Below the pieces are notes generated by a model, which was not told the DNA's origin, did no database searches, and saw only the letters and a list, made by a program, of their open reading frames with translations. Of a DNA stretch of 64,000 bases, positions 46,873 to 60,777 are shown piece after piece. The translations under genes and the position numbers were made by a program. Every line of letters begins with the position of its first letter. Position 1 is the stretch's first letter. The DNA comes from Vairimorpha necatrix. Taxonomy: Eukaryota. Location: positions 1,054,001 through 1,118,000 of the forward strand of contig CP142729.1 in the NCBI GenBank assembly GCA_036630325.1, in the 5' to 3' direction.

Positions 46873-49800
46873 TGTCGTGATCAGTACAGGGGCCACAAAA
46901 TATAATACAATTGTCGCAAGATGATTGGCCAATTAAAATATATAATTTCATGCTGTAAAGAGGGACGGAAAATATTAATAAAAGGTTTAAAGACATGGCG
47001 ACAACGACCAACAACATTAACTTTCTCGCAGGGAACCAGATGGGGGTATAAATTTCTGGAACAGAGATATTGTATCTTGGGTGAAGTGGCAGAATGGTCT
47101 AAAAAAGATTTAAAGAGTGCTTTTTTATGAAAGATGAAAGGAACGGCTTTGTCTTGGGCTTCACAAGTTTTAAGAGGAAAAATGTGGCCCTATTGGAATA
47201 CAATAACTGATTTCTATATTGAAAAAAAGGGTTGGATCTAATAAAAATAATGATATATCACTTAGTAGACTTTTGGAAAATCCACGCCCGAGACCAGGGA
47301 GGACTATTCAAAGATGTTGTATGAAGCAACAATTATATTTGAAAGACACTTAATTAACTTTACAGCTTTATGCCAGATGTTAATAAACAAATCGTTTATA
47401 TAAATTAAAGGATACTTTTAGGCAACTTCTAATGTGGAAACTTGGGAAGATTTCATTCAGAGAGCTGAAGAAATGGCATGGATACCATATCCAAATAAAA
47501 TTCTATTTAGGGTCAAAGTAAGACAGATAAAACTATAAAAAATAACAAAAATTTTGGCAGAAGGCCATACAACTATATAAATTTTAACATAAACCCAAAT
47601 AACAAGAGAAATTACGGCAGAAGGCCAAATAACCGCAAATATTGCATGTTACATGATGAAGGATCTCTTTTTACAAAAGAATGTTTTAGACTCACTAAAA
47701 TGTTAGAAAATGAACGTAAAAGAATCCCGATAAAGAAAGTTAATATTAATTGGAAACAAATTGAAAAGGATAATTACGATTTGGACAATAAAGACAGTTA
47801 GAAACTTGTTTAAGAACATATACCGAAGTAACCCATTTTTCTCGAAGGTGTTCTATATAATAATTAAAGGAAAGTTCTTTTAGACAAGGAAGCAGACGTC
47901 TCGATAAGAGACCATAAAGACATACCATCACATTTAAATAAACAGCATATTAAATTACTCGGAAGCCGTTAAAGGACGGGAAATCAACCCTTAAACTTAA
48001 TAAGCCAAATAAAAAACTGTATTGTCAAGATAAATGGTAGAGATATTACGTTTTCTCCTCTTATAATAAAAAATACAAAATATATAATTATAGAATCAGA
48101 GGTTATCAAAAAACACAGAATTAATTATTGAATTAATCAGAACATTTAAATTAGAACATAGAAAACAAGTCTTACCCGTTATAGAGGAGAATGAGGCTCT
48201 TATTAAGGAAGAATATAAGGATTTATTTAAAACAAGGATAAGCGAATTTAATCTTTATGCTGCAGGAAAACACACATTGCAAACAAATAATAATAAAAGA
48301 AACTGTCAGAGAAATGGCAGGATCCTTATTGCACTAAAGGAGTTAATAGAAACTGAAATAAATAATTTGTTAAAGTTGGGAATTATTTGCGATAGTAAAA
48401 GCCCATGGCGTAACAAGAAATGGTCCCGAAGCCAGATAAAACTTGGAGTATGTAGATAGATTATAGAGGATTAAATGCAATCACCATTAAGGATTCATAT
48501 ATGTCTCCAAGGATCGACGAGATCTTTGGCCGTGTTGCAGTGGCATCGATTTTCACTGTGTTAGACGCTACGTGTGGATACCGACAATTGCTCGTGGAAG
48601 AAGAAGATAAAATGAAGACAGCGTTCTTATTTAAAGGAAGACTTTATGAATACAATAGAATTCCCTTCGGACTATGCAATGCTCCTGCCACCTTTCAAAG
48701 AGCCATGGACAATATTTTTAGAATGGAAAACAGAAAATTTGAAATACCATACCTAGATGAAATAATTTAAACTCTAGAACGAAAGTGGAACACAACTTAC
48801 ACGTAAAAATAGTATTAGGAAAAATAAAAGCTTCAGATTATTATTTTACTTAAAAAAATGTAAATTCTACAGGAATGAAATCAAAATACAAGGAAATTAT
48901 ATTCGGAATGGATGCATTAAAGTAGACCCAGATAAAATCAGTTACATTCGAATGTACTCAATTCCACCATCTATTAAAAAGAGCTCAGAGGTTCTTGAGA
49001 ACAATTAATTTGTGTAAGGACTTAGTGAAGGAGATTTAATCGCTTACTAGTCCATTATATGACATACCTAGGGGAAGAGACAAAACTCGAGTAAAAAAAT
49101 CTCACTTACTGAAGATAAATTGGCTGCTTTTAATAGAACTAAACGCCAAATGGAAAAAAAAACTTGACAACTCAACAGAATTTTAAAAGGATTTTTATAC
49201 TTATGACAGATGTCTCAGAATCGGGTATTGGAGCAGTGTTACTTCAAGAGAATGATTATGGAGAAGTTTAAATGATGTCACATTTTAAAAGATTGAACAT
49301 TTGTCAAAAAAATAATTCAATGACGGATAAAGAATTATTTTTGTTAAGGTTATTGACCACTTTAGACATTACTTATTAGAAAAAAAGTTTATACTTAAAA
49401 CAAACTAGAAAGCTCTCATATACACAATGAGCACAAAAGACCTTTCTAGTAGACTACTCAGGTGGTCCTTAAAACTCGCAGAATACAACTTGAATTGATA
49501 CATATAAAAGAGGAAAACAACATTGCTGATGGATTTAATAGGGTTTATAAGAGTGAAGAAATAAATACATTAACGCCAAAGAACTGGACAACAAAGATAA
49601 AGAGGACATAATAACAGAATACCATAGGATTTCCGGACATGGGTCAGGTAACACAATGAAGTTTACGATTTCCCAAAACTTTAATTGGAAAGGAATGTAT
49701 AAGAATGTAGAAATTTTTGCTCAAAATGTAGTATCTGTCTAAGAGCAGGTGGATTGGAGGTTAAAACAAAAAATAAAATAATCTGCACAGATAAGCCAAA

Positions 49801-50717
49801 CGAATTGTAGGAAATTAAGCAAATTGGCAGAATGTATGAAATCTCGGGTTCAAAATATGTTTTTGTAGCGATAGAATATTACACGAAATGAATAGAAACA
49901 AAAATAATTAAGAATAAAACAGGGCACGAAATATACAAAGCTATCGAAGAACTAATTTAAAAAAACATATAATTTCAGATAGAATTTAGACGGACATTGG
50001 GTTCGAGTTCAACAATAAAAAAGTGCTATCACTCCAAAATAAATACAATATCAAGTGGAAATTTGGGTCCCCATACCATCACCAAACAACAGGAGCAGTG
50101 GAATGAGTAAGCAGACTCTAAAAACGTAATAAGACGGTTATCTTGCTTTGGAGAATTAGATTGGAACCATTTTTAAAGGAAGCAACACTAGCGGTTAATT
50201 TGTATTCAACCGCGCAATAGGAACATTTCCATACATAGTGAAACATGAACACAAACTAATGACAGAATTAGATAAGAGATTAAATATCAAGCTGCAAATG
50301 TATTCAAAACAATATCTCTTAGAAAAGGAAGAAAAAAATTTAATTGAATATAAAAAAAAGCATATTCAAGGGGCATAAAGACGTAAAACCAAAATTTGAT
50401 ATCGGGGAACGCGTGATCATTTTTAGAGATATTTCAGGCAAAGATAAATTAAGCTCCAAATGGACACATGGCCATAAGATATCTGAAATAATCAGCAAAT
50501 ATGCATATATGGTAAAAAGAACCGATAACAACGGAGAATTAAGGGTAAATAAATGTCATATAAAACGGGATACATCTCAAATTAGTTGAGGGGATGTCGT
50601 GGCCAGTACAGGGGCCACAAAATATGGTCAGTTGTTGCAAGATAATTAGTCAATTAAAATATATAATTTCATGCTAGAAAGAGGGGATGGAAAATATTAA
50701 TAAACAATTTAACGACA
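46873..50717 (+). mobile_element. Degenerate full-length Ty3/Gypsy element with 123-bp diverged LTRs
   Basis: LTRs 46873-46995 and 50595-50717; TGGCGACAACGA follows the 5' LTR; PPT gagggga; RT fragment PFGLCNAPATFQR..YLDE; many stops. Confidence 0.9.
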
Positions 50718-50720
50718 GAT

Positions 50721-50864
50721 AGGATACGGCGGAGTTTGATACCACCAAGTTACATGATGGAAGTTTTAGTGAGTAATGATCATATAGTATCAAATGAAAA
50801 GGGAACATTCCTGTCTCTGGTCCTTAGTAAGGAATCTCGCTACCTTTTACTTGCAAATAAAAAA
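50721..50864 (+). mobile_element. SINE 3' tail fragment
   Basis: atacggcggag..gttttagtgagtaa..ctctggtcc..ctaccttttacttgcaaataaaaaa matches the SINE tail. Confidence 0.8.
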
Positions 50865-53689
50865 TGTATTAAAGTTGTTACAGTCATTATAGTGTATAAT
50901 TTTCGTTCTTTTAGTCATACGATGGCAGGATAGAGTAAAACAGGTCTCAAACATAGAACTTTTTTTTGTAGTACAAAATGCAAACATTTTCGTCAGATTT
51001 ATCTTACTTATTAAGCCGATTAGTTGATAGTAATTTCTTATGATGAATAAATACCAATTATAAATAGTTTTATTAGGGAAGAAGTGCTAAACCATTATAA
51101 ATTATTACTATACTATGTAAAAAACATATGAATACACATAAGAGATATAACAGACTAAAAAGTTGTTTTATTTAGCATTGAGTTAATGAATTATAAATAT
51201 TAAACAACTATTTTATAATATAATCGTCAGTGCAGTGCATAATGTCTCTATAAAACAAACTACCGTTACAAAACTACATATATAAAGTTCATAGAGATTA
51301 TTAAATTTAATTACGTTTACTTATGAATTTTGAAGAAATAAAAATAGAGACGATTGATTATGATTATAAGATATGTAATGTTTAAAAACAATGCTAAACA
51401 TGAAGATTTAAAACTATTTTGATGGTCTAATCGGTGTACTGAACTCAGATATCTTCTATTCTAATAGCTCATAATTTTAATCAAAAGTGTCAAAAACATC
51501 GAGGGTTGAAAAAGTTGACGTTGACATTTGTGTATATGTGTGACAATAAAGAGTTTATGCCATCTAAAGTACATCATTATTACATAATTATACAACTCTA
51601 CCAAACATTATTTACTTTTTATTAGAATTGAACAGCTGTTACTTTTTTTGAAGAAATTGTTTATGTCACTGTGACGAGTTTGATGGGAACGTTGTTTGCC
51701 AAATTTACTATATATGACCCATGCCAAACAAAAAGTACAGATAAATATTAATACACAAGCTAAGAGGTAAATCGATATTTGTATATGAAGAATCAAACAC
51801 AAGATTTTTTTTTTGATCTTGTTTGTATAAATATTTTTTTTTACTCCTCCCCCTAAATAATTACCATGGTTTGAAGTTATTTTAAATTTGTTATGAATTT
51901 CGTGGTCCGATACAAGTTGTACTTTCGCGAAATTCCCACCATTTTTACCTTAAAAAAGATGGGGATTTCATGTAGATGTATGAACATGGGTTTAATATCA
52001 TATTTTAGTGGTGTGTAAAATTATGAAAAATGGTTTTTTTCATTGATAAACAGTACATTTGCCCATTTGTATAAATGCAGCAAATATTTGCAATCTATTT
52101 CGTTGCAGCAATTTTCTTTTCTGCTCCTAAATTGAAATTTTTCCCCCTTTGAAACCACCACTAATTGAATTGATATTTAGTTCAAGAAGCGCGCTCAAGT
52201 CTTCTACTAAATTCAATGATGGGCGTTGAACACTCTGAATGTGCCATAGAGCACATACTGCTTAGCAGATGTATAGCCTCCTTATTGTTTTTTTTTGTTT
52301 CTTTTTCTGTTAGTTTGCTCTTCTGTGGTAGTGATTCTACCCGCTTTCGCTATTTATTTAATTTATATTCACCTTCCGTACAAAAATAAAATTCGTTTTT
52401 TATACAAAATTTATTACACTCAAAAAATTCATATTTTCTTTTTTACTAATTTTAATAGTTCACGATAACTACATTATTTAATTAAACATACAATTCCAAC
52501 CTTTGTAGATTAACTTCTTCCACAATATAACCTTGAGCTATAGACAGAATATGCTAAATTATAGTGTGTTTTAGATTACTATTGTTATAAAAGAATTTTA
52601 CGCTATAGATATTCATTTAAGTACCTAAACAGTACTTGGAGTTTTTATCTGCATACAAAACTTGTTTTATTTGTTTGAGACGAAGCAATGATTTGCATAT
52701 TTATTTTTACCATCTTTAAAAAAATATTATTAATAATTCACTTTTAATATTTATAAATTCTTTGAGAGTCTATTACATGGATTTCAGAAGTAACTCCGGA
52801 AACTGTCAGAAGAGATTGTAAGCGTATCTTGGGAAAATTCATTAGTAAGTAGATATTATATGATATCCGAATAATGTTTTTTTAATATAATAAAAAAACA
52901 TCATATTTCTCTCTTAAATTTTTCAAGTAAGGAATTATTAAAACCAAAATAACTTATTGTAATGATGTTTCTTGTTTATATGTTATATATTTTGGCCAAC
53001 CATACAACAAACATATGGGGGTTTCAGAACACATAGCCTAATTAATCCATTTCCTTTAACTATGATATCCGGTTGGAGGTAGCGGAATTTTACAAGAAGA
53101 ATCTATGATATGAAAATTCACATTATTTATAATGATCAAATCTATGTCACGAAACACAAGAGGACTTATATCTTTGTAATTATACATGAAGGCATGGCCA
53201 GGCTGCATGCTCGGGGCTAAAATAAGCTATAAGGTACTTGAGTTATTGAAAAATACCAGCTAAATAAGAAGTGAACAAGGAATTAAGGTAAAAAATTATG
53301 CAGAGATAGCAAGAAAAGATTATACATATTATAAAAAAGTATTTGGAACTTAATATCAGAGCCATTTGATAAATATGCGATGATTAAAGTCTACAGAATG
53401 ATACTAATAATATATAGTATTTTATAAAAATAGTAATCAAATAATTAAATTTCAGTAAATCATTTAAAGTATATGCATGAGCATCGAATCCTAATAGATC
53501 ACATCTTTATACTTTAGTTATTGATGATGTTAAAAACGAGAATAAAATACTTTATTTGGATATAATATTAAAAACTTACTTACTAATTACTTTTCACAAG
53601 ATACGCTTACATTCTCTTGGACAGTTTTCGAAGTCTCTTCTAGAATCTACACAATGGACTCTCAAATACTCCTTCCTGTTCAGTATCAA

Positions 53690-54790
53690 GCCCATGTATT
53701 ATTGACATTGTTAGGCTTTCTAAAGTCATTTTAAGGACTCTTGTCTGTATATATGCTTCCGTTATTGGTTCTAATCGGAGCTCTTTGATATGCGAGCGGT
53801 GGAAATTAGTTACTATTTCATCCTAAGTCATCACATAAGTAAAAATTTCCGGCTTTTATTTATAGAGAAAGGCAACATGATTAGCAAGCATTATTTATGT
53901 TTCTTTTCTGCTTCTACCGCATGAAGGTTGTTAAAGCTTGTGATTTCAACTTCAACAACGAGTAATTCTTTCGTCAACTTGTCCACAGTTAGTATTTCGG
54001 ACTTTTTATACTATATTTTGATACTTGAATGTATCCTACTGTCAACTCATATCTCAACATACTATTAGATACACATTACGGGACCGAATGATTTTTGATT
54101 CTTTTAGCATAAAAATATCCGCACGTCTTACATAACTGCAGGTGTATGCATCGCAATACCTCATTGTGCCGTCTTATGTGATCATGTGAAAGCATCCGAT
54201 CACATTGGGCTGCCATATGATCTACTGTATTTGAAAATTTATGACAATGTGGGCATTTTATCTGTTTTTCTAAGAATATGTTTCGGCCCTGGAATGCGCA
54301 TAAATTGCCTTCCTCTCTTGGACTTATATTTCCTTTTTGTAAGCCTCATAGCAGTCTGCTTTATTTCAATATGAACCGTCTCGCGGTCTAAATGGCTTTA
54401 GCTGGTTTGTTTGGGATTTATATCAATAAAAGAGTATAGGTTTACGCCTCAAAAATGTGCGAAGAATACTATTAGAATAGTATTTTCAGTTCTTCGAATA
54501 ATTTCAGGACCACTTTCATCTGCCCCTTTACAATTAGTTTAGATATTTGCATCATAGACCGTCATGATACGCGTGTGTGGTCTTCCACTACATCTGATTT
54601 TTTTTTGTATTAGTTTTTGAAAACTCAAAGTTGTTTAGTATCACAAAAATCTTCACCCCTCCCCTCTTTGAAAGTCATCTTCATATTTGCGCAGTTACAT
54701 CTCTAGCGATTTATTTATCTCCCTTGTAATTTTAATAATGTTTCCGTCGTCGTAGTCCTAAAAGTTGGACTCGGGTCTTCTTCGGTTAAT
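53690..54790 (-). mobile_element. Non-LTR retrotransposon 3' remnant with CCHC and restriction-like endonuclease (R4/Dong-like)
   Basis: KCPHCHKFSNTVDHMAAQC..IRRHNEVLRCIH..LVVEVEITS..EAEKK..YVMT*DEIVT..EAYIQTRVLK; many lesions. Confidence 0.75.
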
Positions 54791-55137
54791 AGGTTAGATG
54801 TATGCTAAGATCGAGATGGATTTTAAATGCCCCGATGTTTATACAGTATATTAAATAAACATACCATCTTGTGTCATTAGATAAAAACTATTATTCCCGC
54901 TATTTATGTATAAGTTCTAGTTCATTTTCAAGAAGATATGTTCTCAAGACTTTAATTATCATAGAAGCTTGAATCTGATGGACTATACCCCATATACTAT
55001 TAATATTTATTTTTGATTCTTGTCATTTCAAGAACAACAGCTTTCCTAAGTCGTTTTTTTAATTGAAATACATCCTTTCTACTTTCTATAATAAATTTAG
55101 ACGAAATAAAAATGAAAAATATTAACAAAAATTTTAA

Positions 55138-56979
55138 TTATTTTTTTAAAAACGTTTTGATCTTTTCCATTACTTTACCAGGTGTAAACCCAGCTTCATC
55201 AAATACATCTGTATATTTACCACTCCATCCAAACCTATCTAGTCCAATTTGATAATCACTATATTTATTCCATCCGAAAGTAGTCAAAGCTTCAATGCTA
55301 ATTTTTGGTATTTCCTCAATTAAAATGCTTTTTTTATATTCAGTAGGTTGCATTTCGAATATTTCCCAAGAAAAAAATGAAATTACTGATATATTAAAAT
55401 CCTTGAACTCATTAACAATTTTTATACAGAGTTCTATTTCTGATCCAGTTCCCATTAAAATGAAATCAGGAGAATCATGTTTTATAAGATAATATGCTCC
55501 AAGTTGACATTTGTCTTTACAAGAATATTCAATAAATGGAAGTTTCTGACGACTTAAAACCACTGCTTTTGGACCATTAAGTTTTAAACAAGCAGATAAA
55601 GCACCTCTACATTCTTTAATATCACATGGGCGCATGACGATTAAATTTGGAGTAGCTCTCATAGTAGCCAATACTTCTATTGGTTGATGTGTTGGTCCAT
55701 CTTCGCCCAACCCGATTGAGTCATGTGTTAAAACATAGATATTATTTAATTTATCCAGCGACGCGAGTCTTACTGAAGGATATCCATAAGTAACAAAGTT
55801 TAAAAACGTGCTGAAAACTGGTATAAAATAGCCATGTCCTGATATACCATTCATAATACCAAACATCGCATGTTCTCTTATACCAAAATTTATATAATTA
55901 CCTGTTCTGTTTTCACAAGTAAAATCTGTACCATCTTCAAATTTATTCAAACACGACCCGACCAAATCAGCACTGCCACAAATAAATTTTGATTTGCATT
56001 TTAATTTGTTCAACATCATTGAAAATGTTTTACGAGTAGCCAATGTCCCATTGTCAAATATATCATCTACAAATAGAGAGTTTAAATCAAATTCATTTAC
56101 ATCAATTTTGATTTCCATTTGTTTCGATTTTTCAATTTTATTTTGTTTAATTTCGCGCCAATCGTTGACAAGTTCGTCTGAGATATAAAAATCTTCTAGA
56201 GGTATTTCATATTTTTGTTTTAAAAGTTTCACTCCTTCTTCGCCTATTGGACTACCGTGTACTTTCGCTTTTCCTTCAAGAATACTGTCTCTGCCTATTT
56301 TAGTATGTAAAATTATCATTTTAATTTTTTCAGTTTTTACATCTAAAGCTTTTTTTATTTCTTCAATGTTTTCTCCATCAACTTCTAATACTTCGTAATT
56401 TAGACTTTCGAATCTCATAACGACATTCTCATTCATTGATAAAGATGTTGGACCATCAATTGTTATTTGATTAAAATCGTATATAAAAGTTATATTGTTT
56501 AAATTTAGATTAGCCGCTATAGAAAATGATTCCTGAGAGATGCCTTCCATATAGCATCCATCTCCGAAGATACAATACACTTTATTATCAAGATTTAATT
56601 TTTTTAAGGATATCGCGAATCCTACAGAATTTGCGAGGCCTTGTCCTAGTGGGCCTGTGGTGGTTTCTATGCCTCGAGATTTTCGTTCTGGATGTCCTGG
56701 CGTATAACTATTTACTTGCCTAAAATTTTTTAGATCATCGATGTTATTAAATCCTAGCAGATAGTTCATCACATATTGTAAACCACACGCATGTCCATTT
56801 GACAATATAAATATATCTCGGCCGACCCAGGTATCATCTAAAGGATTAATGTTTAGGTAATCTTTAAAAAGTGTGTACACAAAAGGTGCCAATCCAAGTG
56901 GAGCACCGGGATGGCCACTATTAGCTTTTTGAACCATTTCGACTACAAGAGTTCTAACATTGTTGATTTTTTTATTCAT
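55138..56979 (-). CDS. TKL1: Transketolase
   Basis: SGHPGAPLG, GHPE, TTGPLGQG, GDGCYMEG (TPP motif), FGIREHAM, THDSIGLGEDGPTHQP; CCCC a few nt upstream of the ATG. Confidence 0.98.
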   Translation of the reverse strand: MNKKINNVRTLVVEMVQKANSGHPGAPLGLAPFVYTLFKDYLNINPLDDTWVGRDIFILSNGHACGLQYVMNYLLGFNNIDDLKNFRQVNSYTPGHPERKSRGIETTTGPLGQGLANSVGFAISLKKLNLDNKVYCIFGDGCYMEGISQESFSIAANLNLNNITFIYDFNQITIDGPTSLSMNENVVMRFESLNYEVLEVDGENIEEIKKALDVKTEKIKMIILHTKIGRDSILEGKAKVHGSPIGEEGVKLLKQKYEIPLEDFYISDELVNDWREIKQNKIEKSKQMEIKIDVNEFDLNSLFVDDIFDNGTLATRKTFSMMLNKLKCKSKFICGSADLVGSCLNKFEDGTDFTCENRTGNYINFGIREHAMFGIMNGISGHGYFIPVFSTFLNFVTYGYPSVRLASLDKLNNIYVLTHDSIGLGEDGPTHQPIEVLATMRATPNLIVMRPCDIKECRGALSACLKLNGPKAVVLSRQKLPFIEYSCKDKCQLGAYYLIKHDSPDFILMGTGSEIELCIKIVNEFKDFNISVISFFSWEIFEMQPTEYKKSILIEEIPKISIEALTTFGWNKYSDYQIGLDRFGWSGKYTDVFDEAGFTPGKVMEKIKTFLKK

Positions 56980-57189
56980 ATAAGTGGGGTATTTTTTCGT
57001 ATATAAACAAAATAACGTTTTATTAATTAACTAATCATATTGCAATATCAAATGTTTTATAATTTGTTTTAGATGTTTTCTGTAAAAAAATATATAACTT
57101 GAGTGTTTTAAGTAAGTATTATGGAAATATTCCAAATTTTTAATGTTATTATAGAATTATGAGGTTGATTTAATATTAATTTTTTTTAC

Positions 57190-57303
57190 TTGAAGTTTGA
57201 AATTTAAAATTTATGACATTCTCTTCAAAAACTTTTAATCTCCTAATTGAAGTTTGAGAATTAAAATTTATGACATTCTCATCAAAAAGTTTTGATCTCC
57301 CAA
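57190..57303. repeat. Two-copy ~57-bp tandem repeat upstream of transketolase
   Basis: tgaagtttga...ttaaaatttatgacattctc.tcaaaaa.tttt.atctcc.aa occurs twice. Confidence 0.85.
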
Positions 57304-59602
57304 TTTTGTATCAACACCATAAAATTACAAAATCTGTCGAAAAGACATATTTTTGACAGTAAAATGTCGACTTTTATACTGTAAGAGATTTTATAAATAT
57401 TATGGCATGTCAAAAGTGTCATTCTATTGTTGAATATTTTTTTGACATCTTGATGACACAATGAAAATTATGAACAATGTTTGTAAAAATGAGGCAAAAA
57501 ACCAAATTTTGCTATATGCTTAAAGATGGTTAGTTTATCTTTGTTTAAATTACAGTATTAGTACTAATCAAAGAACAATAAACAATCAAATACTGTTTAA
57601 TGTCGAGATTGTGCCTTTACGGGCATATTAAAAGTCTAAGAAACCTCAATTTGAATCTTTTTTTGCAAAATATAATGCATTTTTTGCTGAATAATTAATA
57701 ATATATAATAAAAAAAGCCGATTTTAAAGGTAAGAAAGTCGTGTAATTGTTGACGATGTAGACATAGAAGACAATAACATATATGATCATTTTTTATGAA
57801 ATATTATTATTTACTTTCTTACCATAAAAGGAAACAAAGGAATATCTACGAGGAAATTAAAGTCTTTTATGATACCGCATGCGAATATCTATATGTTTAT
57901 GAGTATCTATTGATTTAATTAAGTAAAATAAAATAACAAAAAGTGATTCGTGTGTTTGCGTAGCAGATTGCCACGCAAATTCAAGGCGTTTTAAAATAAA
58001 AAAAGCTAGTATATTAGTCCAGAAGCAGACAAAAAATATTTTTATATTTCTTTTTTGTTTTCCAGACAAAGAATGAAAAAGTTGACATGCCAAAAAAATA
58101 TTCATTCGTCTTACTTCACCAAGTAATATTATAAAATATATGTAGAAAGTATATGCTATTTTTTTCACCAACTATTCCCCAAGATAGATGTCTGTTTTTT
58201 AATTGTTTAATGCTGTACCAAGTCATTCCTTCCTTTTTAATATTCTTTTTTTAATAATTTTTCCGTTGCTCGCCATATACATTTTTCACTTGAGCCTTTA
58301 AAATAGGATATTGTGCTCACAATACAATTGATAAGTTAAATTAGTAAATTTTAAATAATTTCTTGTTTAATATTGTAATCTATCTTATATTCCTACTTTA
58401 AACATTAATTTTCTCTCATATTAAAGAATAAATTTAATTTAATAACAATAAATTGATATTCATATGTTTTTTATATTTGTGGCTTTTCTTTAAAAAGGTT
58501 TTATTTTTTTTGGGAAAAATATAGCTTCGTTGGTTTTTTTTCATTAATTGTTTGAAATTGATTTTTGAGGGTGTTTAAAAATGAAAACGACTTTCTTTAA
58601 TCGACGCATACTCCGGCCCAACATAAGTTCTTACATTCGATGGCACTTATAGCTTTTGTGGAGAATATTTCGAATCATTTTGAATTGTTGTTTTGTAAAT
58701 GGCTTACATTAAAAATATTCAATAAAATTTTGTCCTGCTTATCTCCTTGGATTCAAACAAAGTTTTTTTTGTTAGGGATTTTTTCAACAACAATTATCTC
58801 AATAATATATCATAACATTCTGTAAAAGCTATCATACTTATTAACTAGAGATTATAATTTTATGTACTTTGTGCAATCAAACAAATTTCGTTGTACTAAA
58901 CATTTATTAAAACATATTTTTTTTAACAACACAACTGATTAAATTTGCTCTATTGTTACAGATACTTTTACTGATGCCATTAATAATTATCTCTTTACCC
59001 CTTATGAGGCTATCTTTCAAATTTTTATTAAAATTTTTTCAAATGAAATAGATTTGAATTAAATTTTATCAATAATCAAATTATAGTTCAAGAAATGGTG
59101 GCTCTTATACGGGCGTATATTTAAAATATTGTTGCCAAAATATAAGCACAAAAAAATTGGAATATTTTTTATTGTTTTTAATAGTTTAAATTCTATAAGT
59201 TTAACGTGCCTACAAAAAGAATGTATAATAGGTCTTCAAATTTATGCCTTGAACTTTGCAATTTTTAAAATGTAAAGCACTCAAGTTTTAAATATTATTC
59301 TATTATAAATACGAAGAATCCGTCATGTAACTAACTTAGTGTATAAAATTCTTGAAATTTCAATATCAAATTGTCATGTCAAATTTTCATTATAACAAAT
59401 TTATATTGTATTTATAGATAATAAAAAAGTATCTTTAGAAAATTTATAGATTTTAACATAAAAAATAAAATATCTCTTTTCCGCTTTTTGTTTATTGAAT
59501 TGGAGGGAAAATTAATGATAAAAATATTTATTAATTATTATTATAATTTGGTGATATATCAACTTTTTTTTTTGCTATAAATATTTTTTCATCAATTAAC
59601 CC

Positions 59603-60181
59603 ATGGTAGATTTTTACACTGGCAGTGTTTTATCCGGTAAAAGTAAGCTATTATCTGATTTTCTAAATATTCTAAATGAAAAACAATTTTGGTTATTACA
59701 AAGAGATATTCCAAATCACAAAGGTGAATTCAAAATTCATTCAAGAGTTCCCGGAACTCAAGAATTTACACCTAATTTGATAGTGACTAAAAATACTAAT
59801 TTATTTGAGAAATTTGAAGAGCTTGAAAACAAATCAGAAATCAAATTAGTGTGCTGCGATGAAATACAGTTTTTTACAGAAAACCATGTCGACCAACTAA
59901 TAGAAATACAAGAAAAGTATGGAGTTGTGGTTAAATGTTTCGGGATTTCTGAGACTCACGATAATAAGACGTGGGATACGATTAAATATCTTAAGACTAA
60001 AGTTAATTACACTTGTAGAATTCAATCGGGATGTCATTATTGTGATAAACCAGCTGTCACCAATATTAGAGCAGATTTAAATTCAGAAACACAACTTATA
60101 GATTCGATAAATGATGGAGAATCAGAAAAATATTATGGATGTTGTCTAGAATGTCATAATAAGAAGTATAAAAATATTTAA
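59603..60181 (+). CDS. Thymidine kinase-like protein (TK1/Tdk type), divergent
   Basis: P-loop GSVLSGKS, IHSR, Walker B CCDEIQFF, zinc pairs CHYC and CLEC; CCC immediately before the ATG. Confidence 0.8.
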   Translation: MVDFYTGSVLSGKSKLLSDFLNILNEKQFWLLQRDIPNHKGEFKIHSRVPGTQEFTPNLIVTKNTNLFEKFEELENKSEIKLVCCDEIQFFTENHVDQLIEIQEKYGVVVKCFGISETHDNKTWDTIKYLKTKVNYTCRIQSGCHYCDKPAVTNIRADLNSETQLIDSINDGESEKYYGCCLECHNKKYKNI

Positions 60182-60777
60182 TAAATTTTATAAGTTTGAT
60201 TTTAGACAGCTTAATTGTTTGACATTTTGTTATAATTAATTTTTTCAATGTTTAAACGTCAAAGAACAATTTAGTTAGGCTATAAATTTAATGGTAGGTA
60301 GAGATGGTCGTGTGTGTAGCTTTTTATGTATTTGTATACACTTATAGGCTGTAAAAGCGTATAAGAAAATAATTGCGCAATCAATACGAATTAAATGTCT
60401 ATACATGATTTTCTATGATACACTAATGTTACAAATATTGAACAACGTCAAAGAATCAGGATTTAATTATACAAAACAATAAAAAATTTTAAAACGATTA
60501 GTAATTTATGAAATAAAAGTAAGTAAACATTCATATATTTTTTAAAAAACAAACATTGAAAATTTTTACTTAATTTTATTAAAAATTGATGTGACATAAT
60601 GGGTCTAAATTAAGATCATTAATCAAAATCTGAACTTATTCCTTATTTTTTCACAATAGAAAACTTTATTAAATATAAAATGCTTATAATCATTTAATCA
60701 CTAGAGTATTTCCATATGTTTTATAGATCCACATTAACAAAATAAAATAAAAAATTTTTTTTTTTTTTTGATATTTT

